Shown here piece by piece: positions 55,991 to 64,000 of a DNA stretch of 64,000 nucleotides (position 1 is its first letter; every line of letters begins with the position of its first letter). The position numbers were made by a program, and so were the translations under genes. Source of the stretch: the human T2T-CHM13v2.0 reference genome, Homo sapiens; the NCBI RefSeq assembly GCF_009914755.1, contig NC_060945.1. One strand, 5' to 3'. The notes beneath the pieces were generated by a model. It was not told the origin of the DNA and did no database searches. It was given only the letters and a program-made list of their open reading frames with translations.

Positions 55991-58369
55991 GGTGACACAG
56001 TAAACCAAGAGCTTCCTGTTGCCAAGAAACGGGATCTCTTCTCCAGTGGCTAGGGGAGGGGGCATTCAGGGCGGTGGGCAGAATTGCCCTCTTAAAGGGC
56101 CAGGCAGCCCCAGCCCCACCATCCCTGTCCCCACCTCGGGGAAATCAACAGTGGCCAAGGGTTCCTGTCACTTAGAGGATCCCAGGGCCAGCCCGTCTCC
56201 AGCCTCTGTGTCCCACCCTTAGGGTTCAGGGTGTGGGTGGGGACCTACTGCCCTGGCCCCTTCGTTGATTCATCCATTTGTTCCTGGTTTGCTCTCTGAT
56301 CCTGTCCTGTGCGGAGCTCCATGCTCAGGGTGAACAAGACAGAGGAGGCTCTGCCCACCTGCCCCCTCAGGGCAGAGGGCTGTGGTTGTTGTGTGGATGT
56401 TGGGTGTGCTGAGTGATAGTGTTACTTGATGCCGTACAGGTGGCTGCTCTCCCTGCCCTCCTGGCCCCAACAGCAGCCTGGTAGCACAGGGAGGGTCCCA
56501 GGCCAGGCCCCCTCAGGGGCAGTCTGAGGCAGTTCCTGCAGGGACTCCGCTCCATTTTCTCCTGGACCTAGTGCCTGAGAGCCAGGCCCTGGCCTCTGGC
56601 CTTCTCCTCCCAAGTCCCAGCCAGGGTCCCCTCAGGCTGGGCACAGCGGGGAGGGAGGGAGTCTGAGTGTGCTTTTCCCTGGAGAGTTGAATTCAGCCTC
56701 TGGATAAGTGTCCAGAGTCATATGCCCAAATCTGCCCCACAGGGCGGAGGCAGGTCTTGTGCTGCGGAGGCTGCCCTGAAAGCCACCCAGGGCCATGCTG
56801 CCTGGCGGAGGCTGGATGGGCAGTAAGCGCCCCAGGACACATCAGCATCCCCCAAACCTGGGGCCAGGGGAGCCCCAGCCTAGGCGCGATTCCCCACGCA
56901 GCCAGCGAAGGGCGGCTTTGGCCTGGCGGTGAGAAGCCTGCGGCTCCTGGCTCGGCCTCCCCTCCACCTGCCTGGCGCATGCACTCCTGGGGACCCCAGC
57001 CCCTCCGGCCTCCTCTTCCCTGAGAATCCCGCACCAGAAAGTCCTCGCTAGGAAGTCCATGCCCTTCCTACAGCACAGGCCCCTGGTCCCCTGTTCCTTC
57101 CACCTTCACCTCCTCTCCCACCACAGCCCGCACCCTCACTCCAGCCACAGGAGCCGGGGCTCCTCCTGGGCCATTCCCACCACGCCGCCCAGGTCTCTCC
57201 AGCACAACCATGTGCCGGCCAGTGCCCTCCTCCTGGACCTGACCTCCCCCGGTCCTGACCTCTCCCGTGGCCAGAACCCTCAGTCCATGCTGCTGTCACC
57301 ACGGTGCGCCTGGCCTGACACAGCCTCCTGATGGGGCTTTGAGGACAGCAGCCGGGAGACTTACCCCAACCCAGGCCGAGCCAGAACCTATTGCAGGTGG
57401 CCTGGGAACCTCTTCTCACTGTCCGTCAAGATTGGGAGGTCAGCGGACCTTCAGGGACTGGTGTGGTCTGAGAAACATCCTTGAGCCTCGCCATGACTCA
57501 GTTTCCCCAGATGGCAGCAGGCTGGAGCCCATGCAGGGCAGGATGCCAGGCTCCACCTTTTGTCTGGAACCTGCATTCACTGGGCACCTCTCTGTAGGCA
57601 TAGCAGAGCAGAGCTCCCTGTTTCTGTCCCTGATCTGCAGCCCCAGGAGCCCGAGAGACCACCTAAGCCAAGGAGAAGGCCTCTGGGCCAGAGCCCAGCT
57701 CTGCGAAGTGGGAGACCTCTCAGCCTCCACTTCCAGGTGCCCTGAAGTCGTTGGCAGGGGGTGCTGCCTACTTGGGGCTCCCAGACTAAGGGAACACATT
57801 CACCTGGTGACCACAATAGGCCCTGCAGGCTGAGGCACAGGATTTGACCAAGGACGCATCAGAGTTAGGGGACTGGGCCCTGACTCCTGCCAGCTGCAAA
57901 CTCCCAAAGCCCCCAGCCCTTTCATGGGGTGAAGACACCCTGAAGGACACTCCAGTGTGCTCCCACCTCTGGGTTCTGCCAGCCAGAGAGTGGGACTCTC
58001 AGGCCACATGTGTCTTGCTGGATCTCAGCTTCAGGGACCCAGGGTGCTGGCAGCTCTCTGAGACCTGGGTCAGGGGGTGTCCATTAGAGCACCTTGGTCA
58101 GGACCCAGAGATAGGGAGGGCAGGGCTAAGAGCACCCCAGGCAGTTGGCATCTCCAGAAAGCAGGAGGTAGGGCATGGCTCTGTGACAGATGTCCCGTGA
58201 CAGGGAGGATTGGAGGGACAGAGGGACGTGCTCAGGGGCTGAGGGGCAGACGAGGCTACCAAAGGGCACCTTGGACACTGGATGGCCCCAGGAAGGCCCC
58301 TGAACCCCATCCTGATTGATCCAGGACCAGTGTCCTTGGCCCAGACTGCAGGCCTGGGGACTCAGGTTC

Positions 58370-58620
58370 CTTTAGTTTCTTAAGAAACTACTATACTCCT
58401 TTTTGGCATAGCTGTACGATTTTACATTCCCACCAGTCATGTGTGAAAGCTCCAGTTTTTACTCATGCTCCCCAGCGTTTGATGTTTTATTTTTATTTTA
58501 GCTATTCTGATATATATGTGTTAGTCATTGTGGTCTTAATTTGCAAATTTCTAATGACTAATGATATTTAACATCTTTTCCTGTTCATAATTAAATACCA
58601 TCTGTATTCCTTTTCACATA
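58370..58620 (-). mobile_element. L1M fragment at the GC-to-AT boundary
   Basis: ctgtacgattttacattcccaccagtcatgtgtgaaagctccag. Confidence 0.75.
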
Positions 58621-59735
58621 TCATTAGCACAAATGTGAAATATCAGAACAAAATTTTTCACACAACTTCAAAATTTTTAGAGCAATACTCAAGGGAAAAG
58701 GTGTTTATTTAGAACAATGAAAACAATGAGACATTAACTTCCAGCTTAAATAAAGTTGATTGTGTGCATAAAAATGGTGAAAATATTGGACTTTCTTGGC
58801 AAAAGAAGAAAGGAGAAGACTTTATATTTTCTGACATAATATTCATCATTTGTCTTTGGTTTGTGTATTATGTGTATGATTTTGAAAAAATGCATCAAAG
58901 ATATAACTTTCTGGTGTTTGCTTTGATATTATCCTTGCAAACAGAAAAGTTGGCACATGTTTCTGTATAAAACTGGTCAAAGTTGGCCTAGGAATGATCT
59001 TACATTGTACTTTCACTTTACATCATACTGTAAGAGTTTAATAATAGCTAAGGCATCAGCATTGATGTGGACTTATTATACCTATTCAAGAGGTGGTGTG
59101 AGGTTTAGGAGAGTTATGTGCCCTTTATCATAAAACAAATCTATGAAGCATTTATATAAAAACCCAGTATTTCTGGTTTCAAATTCAGTACTGTGCCGTC
59201 TGCTTGATAGATTTGTTCACAGGTTAGAGACATTTTATTGCATAACTTCCATGAAATATCACAGTTGTACTCTTGACTATGTTTGAATCACAAAAGACTT
59301 TAATCTGCACTCAGTTCTTGTAACTAAAATCTTCAGTTTGAATATGAATTTCACTTAAAGAACATCCCTAGAAATTACAGAGAGAAAAAGACTTTACTTG
59401 CAGAATACAATCTGCATTTGCTTTGACAACTAGTTAGTTCACATATGTAAAATAAGTCTACCTGTCTGTATGCATAATTAAGATGTAACAGTAGTGTGGT
59501 AATGACTTGTTAAAGCAATTCGAATGGCAGTGGATCATGGCACAATTTACCTTAAAAGCCATGAGCAGAATACATCACAAGCTATGATACAATGAATAGT
59601 CATTAGGTTTAAAGTAGTATCCACATATAAAAACACAAAGCATATTTTAGCTCTTTAAATGAAAGCTTCATTCAGTCAATATTGGTCTTCCTGTAGATGC
59701 ATTTATGAAACAAAACCACAAAACATACAGCTTAC

Positions 59736-59953
59736 CCGCTTCTCAAAACTCATTGCACAATAGGTTGAGGGACTTCTCTACACCAGGACCTATTATTAAA
59801 ACCAGTAAGTCCTCAGTGAAAATCATTTATATGCCCGGAGTGTCATCTGATGTGTCTGTTGTAGGCAGCTGTGGCAGTGGTGGGTGGTTTAGTGACACGG
59901 ACCCTGCCCACGTCTGTCCGTCCATCAGTGGGCTAGTGTCTCTCTGGCTGCAC
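59736..59953 (-). ncRNA. Candidate lncRNA exon upstream of the TEKT4 pseudogene
   Basis: 218 bp bounded by ccttctcag| and CGG|gtaagc. No ORF homology recognised. Confidence 0.4.
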
Positions 59954-60141
59954 CTGAGAAGGGTCTATAGGAGTTAACAGCATTAGCATGGGATTCAAAA
60001 GAAATCATCTTGGATTCAAACTTCCATTTCAGTATTCATTTCCAGCTAAGTTTGTGTAGCATGCTTAATGTTTCTGAAGCTCAATTTTAGTAATGGTAAA
60101 GTATATCTGCCTAAAAGACAGGGACACATCCCAGTTTTGTG

Positions 60142-60463
60142 TTTTTTTATTTGTATTTTATTGTATTTTTCTTGAGACGGAGTTTTGCTCTTGCTGCCCA
60201 GGCTGGAGTACAATGGTGCAATCTCGGCTTACCACAACCTCCGCCTCCTGGGTTCAAGGGACTCTCCTGCTTCAGCATTCTGAGTAAATGGAATTACAGG
60301 TGCCCGCCACCACGCCCAGCTAATTTTTTGTATTTTTAATAGAGACGGGTTTCACCATGTTGGCCAGGCTGGTCTTGAACCTCTGACCTCAGATGATCCA
60401 CCCACCTCAGATGATAATCCCGCCAAGTGCTGGGATTACAGGTGTGAGCCACCATGCCCGGCC
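60142..60463 (-). mobile_element. Alu (AluSq/Sp-like)
   Basis: gagttttgctcttgctgcccagg...atgcccggcc. Confidence 0.93.
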
Positions 60464-60491
60464 TTATCCTCAAAAAAGAATTTATCAAAAT

Positions 60492-60522
<31 letters not shown>

Positions 60523-60669
60523 ATGTTTTAAGTAGAGTAATACTATATTAAAATGCCACTATATATGTTCTAACAAAAAACCTCAATTTAACAAATGTAT
60601 GTGGGGAGAGGGAGAGAGGGAGAGAGAGAGAAGGAGGGAGGCAGAGAGAGAGAGAAGAGAGAGATATGT

Positions 60670-60848
60670 ATCTCTGGTGTCTCTTTCTTTTTGGATGATG
60701 ACCCCAGTCCTAACAGATTAGGGCCTTACCCTTTTGCCCCTATTTAACCTTTAACTTCTTAAAAGCTCCTTTTCCAAATACAGTCACACTGGGAGATAGG
60801 GCTTCAGGTTAGGAATTCTGGGGGGACATAATTCTCTCCAGAACAGAC
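60670..60848 (-). mobile_element. MLT1A-like LTR fragment
   Basis: gattagggcc..ccaaatacagtcacactggg..gaattctgggggacataattc. Confidence 0.7.
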
Positions 60849-63320
60849 ACTAATAACATGAGTGCTCAGATTGCTAGTGAATATGTTCTTGTTACAATTA
60901 TTTTCACCTTGCAGTTTTAAATAATGAATACTTGGATAAAAAATACCCACTGTATTCTAATTTTTTCAACACTTCTTACTTGCATGGATTCTAAACAGAA
61001 GTCCAATGTAATTCTTATGTCTGTTTCTCTGTAGACAATGTGTTTCTTCCTCTGCCTTATTTTAATATTTTATCTTTGTTACAGGTTTTCTACGGTTTGA
61101 ATATGATATTCCTAGGTATATTTTTAAAATATTCATCCTGCTTGGTGTTCTCTGAGCTTTTTGGATTTGTAATTTGGTGTCTGTCATTAATTTGTGTTTT
61201 TTTCCTAGTTAAAAAAATGAACTTTATAGATTTTACATTCTCAACTTTCACTTATTTTCAAAATGAGAGACAAGACACCTAAACTCCAAGATTTCAGTCC
61301 TGAATGCAATAGTACCAGATTTTCAAGTTACATAAGTGAACTGCATAAACATCACTAGTTTCAAGTGTACCCTATAAGAAACACATGGACATACTTGCGT
61401 TGTTTAACCACACGGTGTCATATCAATAAACATCAAAGTATCTGACATATATTTGTCCATTAAAAGTAAACACAACTCTGAGTATCAAATTAAATTAATC
61501 ATTTGCCTTTTATAATCTAAATCAGAAATTGAAAAACAGGAACATTGTAGAGGTAAGTGGCTAAAAATGCTCTGCTTACTGCACACAAGCACATCATGAC
61601 AAAGAATGCTAGAAGTAGCTTTCCTCAGAAGTAATAATTGAACATTTAAAATATTATTTTCTCAGAAAAGTTAAAGCTTTTAGTGTAAAAGGCATGATAA
61701 ATGACATTTTAACTTAATAGTTAACTATATAGCTAATTATAGATTTCAAGCAATTAGTTACCCACATTTCACCAGAACCTTCAGTGAAAGTGTCTACTCT
61801 CAACATTGACCAGAACCTTCCTGTTCTGAAGTGTCTACTCTTTAGAGTTGCTTCAGCTTTACATATCTGTAAAACCTAAGATTACTCAATGAGAAGTTAC
61901 ACCTTATTCTGTACTAGATACACATAATATATATAGATTTAGAACAAATGGATGTTTTTCAACTTCAAAAAAAGTATTTTAATTTACACAATGTTAGTTT
62001 GTTTTTCACCCATGTGTATACATAACAGTGTTTCCCAAATTCACAGGGTCCATTTCCATAATTCTAAAGCAAAAATAGAGGCACACAAATGGATAATAAT
62101 TCATAGTTTTATGCCTTTTTTTTAACCTATCTTTAAAGAAATTCAGTTGCCATGTAGACAAAGATGTGATGAACCTGTAACACATTTCTATGACTTGGAA
62201 AATTAAAGGTCTAAAAATCCTAAATGTAGTAGCTCTGGGCAGTTTGCAATTTGTGCATGGGTTCACTCACCCTATGGTCCGTGAACTCCCTTATCCTGCA
62301 AGCTGTAGGTACTTTCAGCAAATATGAGACTCAATAAGACTAAGGAAGGGCTTGTTTAAATTAGTTCCCCTCACAGTTGATTCTAATCTTGCAATGAACA
62401 GATTTAATGTACTAGTGAGTTAAATTTTAAAGTAATTATAAAGCCATTTACTCTATCATAAATGAATGAAATGTAAGAATCACACTTAAAACAAGTCTTT
62501 CATTTTAATGAATGGTATCTTTCATTTATATACGAGGAATTCACTTGCCAGCAGCATTTAAATATAGGAATAGTCTCGTCTTTTCTCTAGTGCCTTTTAT
62601 AAAGCAGTGCGATTTCTAACTAGGTGTATTTGTTTCCCAGCTATTCAGTAACTACACTATAGGTATCTAATAGATTCAAGAAAAGATTGGAAAATTGAGA
62701 AGATTTAGCATTTTAAACATTTGAAAAATGTTGCTACAAAGCATAGATTATGAATGCATTAGTAAAATAAATTGACACCTTATGTGAGAATCATTAAGTT
62801 GGTTTAATTATATCACAGAAGTATGGGCTCACTAATATTTATACCAATTTATGCTAATTAAACCAGAAAGTTTCTGTAGGTAATTCAGCTCTGAGCACCA
62901 TTTAATAGGGTTATGCCAAACAGAACCAATGGTTATATAATACCCAGAATATAAACCTCAGCAAATTCATACTTTTGGAATGGCAACACAAGTGAGAATG
63001 AGAGGCAATATTTCATTTCAAAGTACCATAGGCTGCTAAGAGTGTTCTTTTCTTTTAAAAATTTGTGTGGTTGTTAGTAATGTACCTTAACACTGGTCCT
63101 CCTTGACAGCGGTGTTAGAGATGGTTAGGTAGAACCTATATTACGGAAGTCAGCCTTGCCCATTTCTTTAGTTCAGTGATTAAAATTGAAATTACTTTTA
63201 CAAAACAATTGAACTGCTGCTTACAATATAAATAGAATACCAACAGGATTCCTGTTGTATTCACATTATTCTCTAATTAGTATTTTTACATTTCCACTCT
63301 GACCTGACCTTCAGTAGTTC

Positions 63321-64000
63321 CTTTATTTTTATTTTCAAGCATTTTTGTGAGTATATAATAAGCATATATATTTATGGGGTGCATGAGATGTTTTGATACA
63401 GGCATGCAGCATGAACTAATCACATCATGGAGAGTGGGTATCCATCCCTTTAAGCATGTTTCCTTTGTGTTACAATCCAATTAGATTCTTTTAGTTATTT
63501 TTAAATGTACAATTATTGACTAGAGTCCCCCTGTTGTGCTATCAAATAGTATGTCTTATTCATTCCTTCTGCCTATTTTTGTACCCATTACCCGTGCCCT
63601 GTCTCCCCCCATCAGCCCCCTAGTACTTACTATGTCCATGAGTTCAATTGTTTTGATTTTTAGATCCCACAAATAAGTGAGAACATGCAATGTCTGCCTT
63701 TCCGTGCTTGGCTTATTTCCCTTAACATAATGATATCCAGTTCCTTCCATGTTGTTGCAAATGACTGAATCTCATTCTTTTTTAGGGCTGAATAATACTC
63801 CACTGTGTGTATCTACCACATTTTCTTTAATACATTAATCTGTTGATGGACACTTAGGTTGCTTCCAAATCTTAGCTATTGTCAACAGTGGTGCAACCAA
63901 CATGGGAGTGCAGATAATTTCTTCGATATACTCATTTCTTATTTCTGGGGTATATATCCAACAGTGGGATTGCTGGATCATGTGGCACCTCTATTTTCAG
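63321..64000 (-). mobile_element. L1MA 3' end (continues beyond the window)
   Basis: tatttatggggtgcatgagatgttttgatacaggcatg..agatcccacaaataagtgagaacatg. Confidence 0.9.

Overview
Primate (almost certainly human) pericentromeric/acrocentric-type segmental-duplication mosaic with no intact conventional multi-exon gene. From left to right: (1) 1-10.7 kb is a TBC1D26/TBC1D3-like exon plus a CDRT15/CDRT15L2-like pseudogene (both minus strand), among L2/L1/Alu/LTR debris. (2) 10.8-19.9 kb is a diverged ~18-19 bp-unit satellite with three internal inversions and an MSTA LTR. (3) 19.9-26.4 kb is a gamma-satellite II (GSATII) array, then TAR1, then degenerate (TTAGGG)n, i.e. a fossil chromosome end joined to an antisense, 3'-truncated L1. 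(4) 29.4-31.4 kb is a head-to-head SATR-type satellite, followed by an MLT2A LTR half. (5) ~32-46 kb is an unprocessed partial ASNS pseudogene (three exons). (6) 46-58.4 kb is a GC-rich block with a complete six-exon TEKT4 pseudogene; its broken last acceptor leaves a 124-aa intron-derived/tektin ORF matching my recollection of MAFIP. (7) 58.4-64 kb is AT-rich, with a candidate lncRNA exon, a possible retrocopy 3'UTR and L1MA. Family and gene names come from recognition, not database searches. I cannot claim a new biological system. The best leads are the satellite/CDRT15 sequence link, the telomere-L1 junction, the MAFIP-type neo-ORF and the ancestral-looking TEKT4 N-terminus.
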